DNA from: Eledone cirrhosa
Taxonomy: Eukaryota
Assembly: GCA_964016885.1 (NCBI GenBank)
Contig: OZ024744.1
Span: forward strand, 105,276,001 to 105,340,000
Direction: 5' to 3'
Length of the DNA stretch: 64,000 nt
Made by a program: the position numbers and the translations under genes. A model generated the notes under the pieces. That model ran no database searches. It had not been told where the DNA came from and saw only the letters and a program-made list of their open reading frames with translations. Below, piece after piece: positions 1 to 14,300 of this stretch; the stretch's first letter is position 1, and every line of letters begins with the position of its first letter.

Positions 1-299
1 GCTATGACTAGTCTGTGTCTACCGTTGTATGCAGTCTATGACTAGTCTGTGTGTTCGGTTGTATGCCGTCTATGACTAGTCTGAGTCTACGGTTGTATGC
101 AGTCTATGACTAGTCTGTGTCTACAGTTGTATGCCGTTTATGACTAGTCTGTGTGTACGGTTGTATGCCGTCTATGACTAGTCTGTGTGTACGGTTGTAT
201 GCCGTCTATGACTAGTCTGTGTCTACGGTTGTATGCCGTCTATGACTAGTCTGATCCACGGTTGTATGCCGTCTATGACTAGTCTGTGTCTACGGTTGT

Positions 300-3200
300 A
301 TGCAGTCTATGACTAGTCAGTGTCTACGGTTGTATGGCGTCTATGACTAGTGTGTGTCTACGGTTGTATGCCATCTATGACTAGTCTGTGTCTACAGTTG
401 TATGCCATCTATGACTAGTCTGTGTCAACAGTTGTATACTGTCTATGACTAGTCTGTGTCTACGGTTGTATGCCGTCTATGACTAGTCTGTCTGTACGGT
501 TGTATGCCGTCTATGACTAGTCTGTGTGTACGGTTGTATGCTGTCTATGACTAGTCTGTGTGTACGGTTGTATGCCGTCTATGACTAGTCTGTGTGTACG
601 GTCGTATGCCGTCTATGACTAGTCTGAGTCTACGGTTGTATGCCGTCTATGACTAGTCTGTGTGTACGGTTCTATGCCGTCTATGACTAGTCTGTGTCTA
701 GGGTTGTATGCCGTCTATGACTAGTCTGTGTGTACGGTTGTATGCCGTCTATGACTAGTCTGTGTATACGGTTGTATGCCGTCTATGACTAGTCTGTGTC
801 TACGGTTGTATGCCGTCTATGACTAGTCTGTGTCTACAGTTGTATGCCGTCTCTGACTAGTCTGTGTCTACGGTTGTATGCCGTCTATGACTAGTCTGTG
901 TCTACAGTTGTATGCCGTCTCTGACTAGTCTGTGTCTACGGTTGTATGCCGTCTATGACTAGTCTGTGTCTACGGTTGTATGCCGTCTATGACTAGTCTG
1001 TGTCTACGGTTGTATGCCGTCTATGACTAGTCTGTGTCTACAGTTGTATGCCGTCTATGACTAGTCTGTGTCTACGGTTGTATGCCGTCTATGACTAGTC
1101 TATGTCTACAGATTTATGCCGTCTCTGACTAGTCTGTGTCTACGGTTGTATGCCGTCTATGCCTGGTCTGTGTCTACGGTTGTATGCCGTCTATGACTAG
1201 TCTGTGTCTACAATTGTATGCCGTCTATGACTAGTCTGTGTCTACGGTTGTATGCTGTCTATGACTAGTCTGTGTCTACTGCTGTATGCAGTCTATGACT
1301 AGTCTGTGTCTACGGTTGTATGCAGGCTATGACTAGTCTGTGTCTACGGTTGTATGCCGTCTATGACTAGTCTGTGTGTACGGTTGTATGCCGTCTATGA
1401 CTAGTCTTTGTGTACGGTTGTATGCCGTCTATGACTAGTCTGTGTCTACGGTTGTATGCCGTCTATGACTAGTCTGTGTGTACGATTGTATGCCGTCTAT
1501 GACTAGTCTGTGTTTACGGTTGTATGCCGTCTATGACTAGTCTGTGTGTACGGTTGTAATCCGTCTATGACTAGTCTGTGTGTACGGTTGTATGCCGTCT
1601 ATGACTAGTCTGAGTCTACGGTTGTATGCCGTCTATGACTAGTCTGTGTGTACGGTTCTATGCCGTCTATGACTAGTCTGTGTCTAGGGTTGTATGCCGT
1701 CTATGACTAGTCTGTGTGTACGGTTGTATGCCGTCTATGACTAGTCTGTGTATACGGCTGTATGCCGTCTATGACTAGTCTGTGTCTACGGTTGTATGCC
1801 GTCTATGACTAGTCTGTGTCTACAGTTGTATGCCGTCTATGACTAGTCTGTGTCTACGGTTGTATGCCGTCTATGACTAGTCTGTGTCTACACTTGTATG
1901 CCGTCTCTGACTAGTCTGTGTCTACGGTTGTATGCCGTCTATGACTAGTCCGTGTCTACGGTTGTATTCCGTCTATGACTAGTCTGTGTCTACGGTTTAT
2001 GCCGTCTATGACTAGTCTGTGTCTACGGTTGTATGCCATCTATGACTAGTCTGTGTCTACGGTTGTATTCCGTCTATGACTAGTCTGTGTCTACGGTTGT
2101 ATGCCGTCTATGACTAGAATGTGTCTACGGCTGTATGCCATCTATGACTAGTCTGTGTCTACTGTTGTATGCAGTCTATGACTAGTCTGTGTCTACGGTT
2201 GTATGCCGTCTATGACTAGTCTGTGTCTACGGTTGTATGCTGTCTATGACTAGTCTGAGTCTACGGTTGTATGCCGTCTATGACTAGTCTGTGTCTACGG
2301 TTGTATGCCGTCTATGACTAGTCTGTGTCTACGGTTGTAATCCGTCTATGACTAGTCTGAGTCTACGGTTGTATGCAGTCTATGACTAGTCTGTGTCTAC
2401 GGTTGTATGCCGTCTATGACTAGTCTGTGTCTACGGTTGTATGCCGTCTATGACTAGTGTGTGTCTACAGTTGTATGCCGTCTATGACTAGTCTGTGTCT
2501 ACAGTTGTATGCCGTCTATGACTAGTCTGTGTCTACGGTTGTATGCCGTCTATGACTAGTCTGTGTCTACGGTTGTATGCCGTCTATGACTATTCTGTGT
2601 CAACGGTTGTATGCCGTCTATGACTAGTCTGTGTGTACGGTTGTATGCAGTCTATGACTAGTCTGTGTCTACTGTTGTATGCCGTCTGTGACTAGTCTGT
2701 GTGTACGGTTGTATGCAGTCTATGACTAGTCTGTGTCTACGGTTGTATGCCGTCTATGGCTAGTCTGTGTGTACGGTTGTATGCCGTCTATGACTAGTCT
2801 GTGTCTACAGTTGTATGCCGTCTATGACTAGTCTGTGTCTACAGTTGTATGCCGTCTATGACTAGTCTGTGTCTACGGTTGTATGCCGTCTATGACTAGT
2901 CTGTGTCTACAGTTGTATGCCGTCTATGACTAGTTTGTGTCTACTGTTGTATACCGTCTATGACTAGTCTGTGTCTACAATTGTATGCAGTCTATGACTA
3001 GTCTGTGTCTACGGTTGTATGCCGTCTATGACTAGTCTGTGTCTACGGTTGTATGCCGTCTATGACTAGTCAGTGTCTACAGTTGTATGCCGTCTATGAC
3101 TAGTCTGTGTCTTCGGTTGTATGCCGTCTATGACTAGTCTGTCTACGGTTGTATGCCGTCTATGACTAGTCTGTGTCTACAGTTGTATGCCGTCTATGAC

Positions 3201-5760
3201 TAGTCTGCGTCTACGGTTGTATGCCGTCTATGACTATTCTGTGTCTATGGTTGAATGCCGTCTATGACTAGTCTGTCTAGGTTTGTATGCCGTTATGACT
3301 AGTCTGATCCACGGTTGTATGCCGTCTATGACTAGTCTGATCCACGGTTGTATGCCGTCTATGACTAGTCTGTGTCTTCAGTTGTATGCCGTTTATGACT
3401 AGTCTGTGTCTACAGTTGTATGCCATCTATGACTAGTCTGTGTCTACAGTTGTATGCCATCTATGACTAGTCTGTGTCAACAGTTGTATACTGTCTATGA
3501 CTAGTCTGTGTCTACGGTTGTATGCCGTCTATGACTAGTCTGTGTCTACGGTTGTATGCAGTCTATGACTAGTCAGTGTCTACGGTTGTATGGCGTCTAT
3601 GACTAGTCTGTGTCTACGGTTGTATGCCATCTATGACTAGTCTGTGTCTACAGTTGTATGCCATCTATGACTAGTCTGTGTCAACAGTTGTATACTGTCT
3701 ATGACTAGTCTGTGTCTACGGTTGTATGCCGTCTATGACTAGTCTGTGTGTACGGTTGTATGCCGTCTATGACTAGTCTGTGTGTACGGTTGTGTGCCGT
3801 CTATGACTAGTCTGAGTCTACGGTTGTATGCCGTCTATGACTAGTCTGTGTGTACGGTTGTATGCCGTCTATGACTTGTCTGTGTCTACGGTTGTATGCC
3901 GTCTATGACTAGTCTGTGTCTACAGTTGTATGCCGTCTATGACTAGTCTGTGTCTACGGTTTTATGCCGTCTATGACTAGTCTGTGTCTACAGTTGTATG
4001 CCGTCTCTGACTAGTCTGTGTCTACGGTTGTATGCCGTCTATGACTAGTCTGTGTCTACGGTTGTATGCCGTCTATGACTAGTCTGTGTCTACGGTTGTA
4101 TGCCGTCTATGACTAGTCTGTGTCTACAGTTGTATGCCGTCTATGACTAGTCTGTGTCTACGGTTGTATGCCGTCTATGACTAGTCTACGTCTACAGATT
4201 TATGCCGTCTCTGACTAGTCTGTGTCTACGGTTGTATGCCGTCTATGCATGGTCTGTGTCTACGGTTGTATGTCGTCTATGACTAGTCTGTGTCTACAGT
4301 TGTATGCCGTCAATGACTAGTCTGTGTCTACGGTTGTATGCTGTCTATGACTAGTCTGTGTCTACTGATGTATGCAGTCTATGACTAGTCTGTGTCTACG
4401 GTTGTATGCAGGCTATGACTAGTCTGTGTGTACGGTTGTATGCCGTCTATGACTAGTCTTTGTGTACGGTTGTATGCCGTCTATGACTAGTCTGTGTGTA
4501 CGGTTGAATGCCGTCTATGACTAGTCTGTGTCTACGGTTGTATGCCGTCTATGACTAGTCTGTGTGTACGGTTGTATGCCGTCTATGACTAGTCTGTGTC
4601 TACGGTTGTATGCCGTCTATGACTAGTCTGTGTGTACGGTTGTATGCCGTCTATGACTAGTCTGTGTGTACGGTTGTATGCCGTCTATGACTAGTCTGAG
4701 TCTACGGTTGTATGCCGTCTATGACTAGTCTGTGTGTACGGTTCTATGCCGTCTATGACTAGTCTGTGTCTAGGGTTGTATGCCGTCTATGACTAGTCTG
4801 TGTGTACGGTTGTATGCCGTCTATGACTAGTCTGTGTATACGGTTGTATGCCGTCTATGACTAGTCTGTGTCTACGGTTGTATGCCGTCTATGACTAGTC
4901 TGTGTCTACAGTTGTATGCCGTCTATGACTAGTCTCTGTCTACGGTTGTATGCCGTCTATGATTAGTCTGTGTCTACAGTTGTATGCCGTCTCTGACTAG
5001 TCTGTGTCTACGGTTGTATGCCGTCTATGACTAGTCTGTGTCTACGGTTGTATTCCGTCTATGACTAGTCTGTGTCTACGGTTTATGCCGTCCATGACTA
5101 GTCTGTGTCTACGGTTGTATGCCATCTATGACTAGTCTGTGTGTACGGTTGTATGCCGTCTATGACTAGTCTGTGTCTACGGTTGTATGCCGTCTATGAC
5201 TAGTCTGTGTCTACGGTTGTATGCCGTCTATGACTAGTCTGTGTCTACGGTTGTATGCCGGCTATGACTAGAATGTGTCTACGGCTGTATGCCATCTATG
5301 ACTAGTCTGTGTGTAATGTTGTATGCCGTCTATGACTAGTATGTGTCTACGCTTGTATGCTGTCTATGACTAGTCTGTGTCTACGGTTGTATGCCGTCTA
5401 TGACTAGTCTGTGTCTACGGTTGTATGCCGTCTATGACTAGTCTGTGTCTACGGTTGTAATCCGTCTATGACTAGTCTGAGTCTACGGTTGTATGCAGTC
5501 TATGACTAGTCTGTGTCTACGGTTGTATGCCGTCTATGACTAGTCTGTGTCTACGGTTGTATGCCGTCTATGACTAGTGTGTGTCTACAGTTGTATGCCG
5601 TCTATGACTAGTCTGTGTCTACAGTTGTATGCCGTCTATGACTAGTCTGTGTCTACGGTTGTATGCCGTCTATGACTAGTCTGTGTTTACGGTTGTATGC
5701 CGTCTATGACTATTCTGTGTCAACGGTTGTATGCCGTCTATGACTAGTCTGTGTGTACGG
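300..5760. repeat. Older duplication with about 3.1 kb period (~300-2640 vs ~3550-5760)
   Basis: ACAGATTT 1111/4197 (3,086), CTAGAATG 2117/5271 (3,154), GTTGTAATCC 2331/5451 (3,120). The offsets differ by whole monomers. Confidence 0.75.
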
Positions 5761-8700
5761 TTGTATGCCGTCTATGACTAGTCTGTGTCTACGGTTGCAT
5801 GCCGTCTATGACTAGTCTGTTTCTACGGTTGTATGCCCTCTTTGACTAGTCTGTGTCTACGGTTGTATGCCGTCTATGACTAGTCTGTGTCTACTGTTGT
5901 ATGCAGTCTATGACTAGTCTGTGTCTACGGTTGTATGCCGTCTATGACTAGTCTGTGTCTACGGTTGTATGCTGTCTATGACTAGTCTGTGTCTACGGTT
6001 GTATGCCGTCTATGACTAGTCTGTGTCTACGGTTGTATGCCGTCTATGACTAGTCTGTGTCTACGGTTGTATGCCGTCTATGACTAGTCTGAGTCTACGG
6101 TTGTATGCAGTCTATGACTAGTCTGTGTCTACGGTTGTATGCCGTCTATGACTAGTCTGTGTCTACGGTTGTATGCCGTCTATGACTAGTGTGTGTCTAC
6201 AGTTGTATGCCGTCTATGACTAGTCTGTGTCTACAATTGTATGCCGTCTATGACTAGTCTGTGTCTACGGTTGTATGCCGTCTATGACTAGTCTGTGTCT
6301 ACGGTTGTATGCCGTCTATGACTATTCTGTGTCAACGGTTGTATGCCGTCTATGACTAGTCTGTGTGTACGGTTGTACGCAGTCTATGACTAGTCTGTGT
6401 CTACTGTTCTATGCCGTCTGTGACTAGTCTGTGTGTACGGTTGTATGCAGTCTATGACTAGTCTGTGTCTACGGTTGTATGCCGTCTATGGCTAGTCTAT
6501 GTGTACGGTTGTATGCCGTCTATGACTAGTTTGTGTCTACTGTTGTATACCGTCTATGACTAGTCTGTGTCTACGTTTGTATGCAGTCTATGACTAGTCT
6601 GTGTCTACGGTTGTATGCCGTCTATGACTAGTCTGTGTCTACGGTTGTATGCCGTCTATGACTAGTCAGTGTCTACAGTTGTATGCCGTCTATGACTAGT
6701 CTGTGTCTTCGGTTGTATGCCGTCTATGACTAGTCTGTCTACGGTTGTATGCCGTCTATGACTAGTCTGTGTCTACAGTTGTATGCCGTCTATGACTAGT
6801 CTCTGTGTACGTTTGAATGCCGTCTATGACTAGTCTGTGTCTACGGTTGTATGCCGTCTATGACTAGTCTGTGTGTACGGTTGTATGCCGTCTATGACTA
6901 GTCTGTGTCTACGGTTGTATGCCGTCTATGAATAGTCTGATCCACGGTTGTATGCCGTCTATGACTAGTCTGTGTCTTCAGTTGTATGCCGTTTATGACT
7001 AGTCTGTGTGTACGGTTGTATGCCGTCTATGACTAGTCTGTGTCTACGGTTGTATGCCGTCTATGACTAGTCTGTGTCTACGGTTGTATGCCGTCTATGA
7101 CTGGTCTGTGTCTACGGTTGTATGCAGTCTATGACTAGTCTGTGTGTTCGGTTGTATGCCGTCTATGACTAGTCTGAGTCTACGGTTGTATGCAGTCTAT
7201 GACTAGTCTGTGTCTACAGTTGTATGCCGTTTATGCCTAGTCTGTGTGTACGGTTGTATGCCGTCTATGACTAGTCTGTGTCTACAGTTGTATGCCGTCT
7301 ATGACTAGTCTGTGTCTACAGTTGTATACCGTGTATGACTTGTCTATGTCTACAGTTGTATGCCGTCTATGGCTAGTCTGTGTCTACGGTTGTATGCCGT
7401 CTATGACTAGTCTGTGTCTACGGGTGTATGCCGTCTATGACTAGTCTGTGTCTACGGTTGTATGCTGTCTATGACTAGTCTGTGTCTACTGCTGTATGCA
7501 GTCTATGACTAGTCTGTGTCTACGGTTGTATGCAGGCTATGACTAGTCTGTGTCTACGGTTGTATGCCGTCTATGACTAGTCTGTTTGTACGGTTGTATG
7601 CCGTCTATGACTAGTCTTTGTGTACGGTTGTATGTCGTCTATGACTAGTCTGTGTGTACGGTTGAATGCCGTCTATGACTAGTCTGTGTCTACGGTTGTA
7701 TGCCGTCTATGACTAGTCTGTGTGTACGGTTGTATGCCGTCTATGACTAGTCTGTGTCTACGGTTGTATGCCGTCTATGACTAGTCTGATCCACGGTTGT
7801 ATGCCGTCTATGACTAGTCTGATCCACGGTTGTATGCCGTCTATGACTAGTCTGTGTCTACGGTTGTATGCAGTCTATGACTAGTCAGTGTCTACGGTTG
7901 TATGGCGTCTATGACTAGTCTGTGTCTACGGTTGTATGCCATCTATGACTAGTCTGTGTCTACAGTTGTATGCCATCTATGACTAGTCTGTGTCAACAGT
8001 TGTATACTGTCTATGACTAGTCTGTGTCTACGGTTGTATGCCGTCTATGACTAGTCTGTGTGTACGGTTGTATGCCGTCTATGACTAGTCTGTGTGTACG
8101 GTTGTATGCCGTCTATGACTAGTCTGTGTGTACGGTTGTATGCCGTCTATGACTAGTCTGTGTGTACGGTTGTATGCCGTCTATGACTAGTCTGAGTCTA
8201 TGGTTGTATGCCGTCTATGACTAGTCTGTGTGTACGGTTCTATGCCGTCTATGACTAGTCTGTGTCTAGGCTTGTATGCAGTCTATGACTAGTCTGTGTG
8301 TACGGTTGTATGCCGTCTATGACTAGTCTGTGTATACGGTTGTATGCCGTCTATGACTAGTCTGTGTCTACGGTTGTATGCCGTCTATGACTAGTCTGTG
8401 TCTACAGTTGTATGCCGTCTATGACTAGTCTGTGTCTACGGTTGTATGCCGTCTATGACTAGTCTGTGTCTACAGTTGTATGCGGTCTCTGACTAGTCTG
8501 TGTCTACGGTTGTATGCCGTCTATGACTAGTCTGTGTCTACGGTTGTATGCCGTCTATGACTAGTCTGTGTCTACGGTTGTATGCCGTCTATGACTAGTC
8601 TGTGTCTACAGTTGTATGCCGTCTATGACTAGTCTGTGTCTACGGTTGTATGCCGTCTATGACTAGTCTGTGTCTACAGATTTATGCCGTCTCTGACTAG

Positions 8701-9519
8701 TCTGTGTCTACGGTTGTATGCCGTCTATGCCTGGTATGTGTCTACGGTTGTATGCCGTCTATGACTAGTCTGTGTCTACAGGTGTATGCCGTCTATGACT
8801 AGTCTGTGTCTACGGTTGTATCCTGTCTATGACTAGTCTGTGTCTACTGCTGTATGCAGGCTATGACTAGTCTGTGTCTACGGTTGTATGCCGTCTATGA
8901 CTAGTCTGTGTGTACGGTTGTATGCCGTCTCTGACTAATCTTTGTGTACGGTTGTATGCCGTCTATGACTAGTCTGTGTGTACGGTTGAATGCCGTCTAT
9001 GACTAGTCTGTGTCTACGGTTGTATGCCGTCTATGACTAGTCTGTGTGTACGGTTGTATGCCGTCTATGACTAGTCTGTGTCTACGGTTGTATGCCGTCT
9101 ATGACTAGTCTGTGTGTACGGTTGTATGCCGTCTATGACTAGTCTGTGTGTACGGTTGTATGCCGTCTACGACTAGTCTGAGTCTACGGTTGTATGCCGT
9201 CTATGACTAGTCTGTGTGTACGGTTCTATGCCGTCTATGACTAGTCTGTGTGTACGGTTGTATGCCGTCTACGACTAGTCTGTGTGTGCGGTTGTATGCC
9301 GTCTACGACTAGTCTGAGTCTACGGTTGTATGCCGTCTATGACTAGTCTGTGTGTACGGTTGTATGCCGTCTATGACTAGTCTGTGTGTACGGTTGTATG
9401 CCGTCTACGACTAGTCTGAGTCTACGGTTGTATGCCGTCTATGACTAGTCTGAGTCTACGGTTGTATGCCGTCTATGACTAGTCTGTGTGTACGGTTGTA
9501 TGCCGTCTATGACTAGTCT

Positions 9520-11380
9520 GTGTGTACGGTTGTATGCCGTCTACGACTAGTCTGAGTCTACGGTTGTATGCCGTCTATGACTAGTCTGTGTGTACGGTTC
9601 TATGCCGTCTATGACTAGTCTGTGTCTAGTGGTTGTATGCCGTCTATGACTAGTCTGTGTGTACGGTTGTATGCCGTCTATGACTAGTCTGTGTATACGA
9701 TTGTATGCCGTCTATGACTAGTCTGTGTCTACGGTTGTATGCCGTCTATGACTAGTCTGTGTCTACAGTTGTATGCCGTCTATGACTAGTCTGTGTCTAC
9801 GGTTTTATGCCGTCTATGACTAGTCTGTGTCTACAGTTGTATGCCTTCTCTGACTAGTCTGTGTCTACGGTTGTATGCCGTCTATGACTAGTCTGTGTCT
9901 ACGGTTGTATGCCGTCTATGACTAGTCTGTGTCTACGGTTGTATGCCGTCTATGACTAGTCTGTGTCTACAGTTGTATGCCGTCTATGGCTAGTCTGTGT
10001 CTACGGTTGTATGCCGTCTATGACTAGTCTGTGTCTACAGTTTTATGCCGTCTCTGACTAGTCTGTGTCTACGGTTGTATGCCGTCTATGACTGGTCTGT
10101 GTCTACGGTTGTATGCCGTCTATGACTAGTCTGTGTCTACAGTTGTATGCCGTCTATGACTAGTCTGTGTCTACTGTTGTATGCCGTCTATGACTAGTCT
10201 GTGTGTACGGTTGTATGCCGTCTATGACTAGTCCTTTTGTACGGTTGTATGCCGTCTATGACTAGTCTCTGTGTACGGTTGAATGCCGTCTATGACTAGT
10301 CTGTGTCTACGGTTGTATGCCGTCTATGACTAGTCTGTGTGTACGGTTGTATGCCGTCTATGACTAGTCTGTGTCTACGGTTGTATGCCGTCTATGACTA
10401 GTCTGTGTGTACGGTTGTATGCCGTCTATGACTAGTCTGTGTCTACGGTTGTATGCCGTCTATGACTAGTCTGTGTGTACGGTTGTATGCCGTCTATGAC
10501 TAGTCTGTGTGTACGGTTGTATGCCGTCTACGACTAGTCTGAGTCTACGGTTGTATGCCGTCTATGACTAGTCTGTGTGTACGGTTCTATGCCGTCTATG
10601 ACTAGTCTGTGTCTAGTGTTGTATGCCGTCTATGACTAGTCTGTGTGTACGGTTGTATGCCGTCTATGACTAGTCTGTGTATACGATTGTATGCCGTCTA
10701 TGACTAGTCTGTGTCTACGGTTGTATGCCGTCTATGACTAGTCTGTGTCTACAGTTGTATGCCGTCTATGACTAGTCTGTGTCTACGGTTTTATGCCGTC
10801 TATGACTAGTCTGTGTCTACAGTTGTATGCCTTCTCTGACTAGTCTGTGTCTACGGTTGTATGCCGTCTATGACTAGTCTGTGTCTACGGTTGTATGCCG
10901 TCTATGACTAGTCTGTGTCTACGGTTGTATGCCGTCTATGACTAGTCTGTGTCTACAGTTGTATGCCGTCTATGGCTAGTCTGTGTCTACGGTTGTATGC
11001 CGTCTATGACTAGTCTGTGTCTACAGTTTTATGCCGTCTCTGACTAGTCTGTGTCTACGGTTGTATGCCGTCTATGACTGGTCTGTGTCTACGGTTGTAT
11101 GCCGTCTATGACTAGTCTGTGTCTACAGTTGTATGCCGTCTATGACTAGTCTGTGTCTACTGTTGTATGCCGTCTATGACTAGTCTGTGTGTACGGTTGT
11201 ATGCCGTCTATGACTAGTCCTTTTGTACGGTTGTATGCCGTCTATGACTAGTCTCTGTGTACGGTTGAATGCCGTCTATGACTAGTCTGTGTCTACGGTT
11301 GTATGCCGTCTATGACTAGTCTGTGTGTACGGTTGTATGCCGTCTATGACTAGTCTGTGTCTACGGTTGTATGCCGTCTA
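9520..11380. repeat. 29-monomer (986 bp) tandem duplication; also present at about 25920-27780
   Basis: TATACGATT 9698/10684 and GTCCTTTTGT 10233/11219 are both at offset 986 = 29x34. Confidence 0.88.
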
Positions 11381-14300
11381 TGACTAGTCTGATCCACGGT
11401 TGTATGCCGTCTATGACTAGTCTGATCCACTGTTGTATGCCGTCTATGACTAGTCTGTGTCTACGGTTGTATGGCGTCTATGACTAGTCTGTGTCTACCG
11501 TTGTATGCCAACTATGACTAGTCTGTGTCTACAGTTGTATGCCATCTATGACTAGTCTGTGTCAACAGTTGTATACCGTCTATGACTAGTCTGTGTCTAC
11601 GGTTGTATGCCGTCTATGACTAGTCTGTGTGTACGGTTGTATGCCGTCTATGACTAGTCTGTGTGTACGGTTGTATGCCGTCTATGACTAGTCTGTGTGT
11701 ACGGTTGTATGCCGTCTATGACTAGTCTGTGTGTACGGTTGTATGCCGTCTATGACTAGTCTGAGTCTACGGTTGTATGCCGTCTATGACTAGTCTGTGT
11801 GTACGGTTCTGTGCCGTCTATGACTAGTCTGTGTCTAGGGTTGTATGCCGTCTATGACTAGTCTGTGTGTACGGTTGTATTCCGTCTATGACTAGTCTGT
11901 GTGTACGGTTCTATGCCGTCTATGACTAGTCTGTGTCTAGGGTTGTATGCCGTCTATGACTAGTCTGTGTGTACGGTTGTATGCCGTCTATGACTAGTCT
12001 GTGTATACGGTTGTATGCCGTCTATGACTAGTCTGTGTCTACGGTTGTATGCCGTCTATGACTAGTCTGTGTCTACAGTTGTATGCCGTCTATGACTAGT
12101 CTGTGTCTACGGTTGTATGCCGTCTATGACTAGTCTGTGTCTACAGTTGTATGCCGTCTCTGACTAGTCTGTGTCTACGGTTGTATGCCGTCTATGACTA
12201 GTCTGTGTCTACGGTTGTATTCCGTCTATGACTAGTCTGTGTCTACGGTTTATGCCGTCTATGACTAGTCTGTGTCTACGGTTGTATGCCATCTATGACT
12301 AGTCTGTGTGTACGGTTGTATGCCGTCTATGACTAGTCTGTGTCTACGGTTGTATGCCGTCTATGACTAGTCTGTGTGTAATGTTGTATGCCGTCTATGA
12401 CTAGTCTGTGTCTACGCTTGTATGCCGTCTATGACTAGAATGTGTCTACGGCTGTATGCCATCTATGACTAGTCTGTGTGTAATGTTGTATGCCGTCTAT
12501 GACTAGTCTGTGTCTACGCTTGTATGCCGTCTATGACTAGTCTGTGTGTACGGTTGTATGCCGTCTATGACTAGTCTGTGTCTACGGTTGTATGCCGTCT
12601 ATGACTTGTCTGTGTCTACGGTTGTATGCCCTCTTTGACTAGTCTGTGTCTACGGTTGTATGCCGTCTATGACTAGTCTGTGTCTACTGTTGTATGCAGT
12701 CTATGACTAGTCTGTGTCTACGGTTGTATGCCGTCTATGACTAGTCTGTGTCTACGGTTGTATGCTGTCTATGACTAGTCTGTGTCTACGGTTGTATGCC
12801 GTCTATGACTAGTCTGTGTCTACGGTTGTATGCCGTCTATGACTAGTCTGTGTCTACGGTTGTATGCCGTCTATGTCTAGTCTGAGTCTACGGTTGTAGG
12901 CAGTCTATGACTAGTCTGTGTCTACGGTTGTATGCCGTCTATGACTAGTCTGTGTCTACGGTTGTATGCCGTCTATGACTAGTGTTTGTCTACAGTTGTA
13001 TGCCGTCTATGACTAGTCTGTGTCTACAGTTGTATGCCGTCTATGACTAGTCTGTGTCTACGGTTGTATGCCGTCTATGACTAGTCTGTGTCTACGGTTG
13101 TATGCCGTCTATGACTATTCTGTGTCAACGGTTGTATGCTGTCTATGACTAGTCTTTGTGTACGGTTGTATGCAGTCTATGACTAGTCTGTGTCTACTGT
13201 TGTATGCCGTCTGTGACTAGTCTGTGTGTACGGTTGTATGCAGTCTATGACTAGTCTGTGTTTACGGTTGTATGCCGTCTATGGCTAGTCTGTGTGTACG
13301 GTTGTATGCCGTCTATGACTAGTCTGTGTCTACAGTTGTATGCCGTCTATGACTAGTCTGTGTCTACAGTTGTATGCCGTCTATGACTAGTCTGTGTCTA
13401 CGGTTGTATGCCGTCTATGACTAGTCTGTGTCTACAGTTGTATGCCGTCTATGACTAGTTTGTGTCTACTGTTGTATACCGTCTATGACTAGTCTGTGTC
13501 TACGGTTGTATGCAGTCTATGACTAGTCTGTGTCTACGGTTGTATGCCGTCTATGATTAGTCTGTGTCTACGGTTGTATGCCGTCTATGACTAGTCAGTG
13601 TCTACAGTTGTATGCCGTCTATGACTAGTCTGTGTCTTCGGTTGTATGCCGTCTATGACTAGTCTGTCTACGGTTGTATGCCGTCTATGACTAGTCTGTG
13701 TCTACAGTTGTATGCCGTCTATGACTAGTCTGTGTCTACGGTTGTATGCCGTCTATGACTATTCTGTGTCTATGGCTGAATGCCGTCTATGACTAGTCTG
13801 TGTCTACGGTTGTATGCCGTTATGACTAGTCTGATCCACGGTTGTATGCCGTCTATGACTAGTCTGATCCACTGTTGTATGCCGTCTATGACTAGTCTGT
13901 GTCTTCAGTTGTATGCCGTTTATGAGTAGTCTGTGTGTACGGTTGTATGCCGTCTATGACTAGTCTGTGTCTACGGTTGTATGCCGTCTATGACTAGTCT
14001 GTGTCTACGGTTGTATGCCGTCTATGACTAGTCTGTGTCTACGGTTGTATGCAGTCTATGACTAGTCTGTGTGTTCGGTTGTATGCCGTCTATGACTAGT
14101 CTGAATCTACGGTTGTATGCAGTCTATGACTAGTCTGTGTCTACAGTTGTATGCCGTTTATGACTAGTCTGTGTGTACGGTTGTATGCCGTCTATGACTA
14201 GTTTGTGTCTACAGTTGTATGCCGTCTATGACTAGTCTGTGTCTACAGTTGTATACCGTCTATGACTTGTCTATGTCTACAGTTGTATGCCGTCTATCAC

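Noticed and set aside
5-14. p53-like half-site (TGACTAGTCT, 9/10 to RRRCWWGYYY) and Smad GTCT boxes in each monomer
   Set aside because: These are short motifs expected by chance. The half-sites are 24 bp apart rather than adjacent, and host and binding are unknown.
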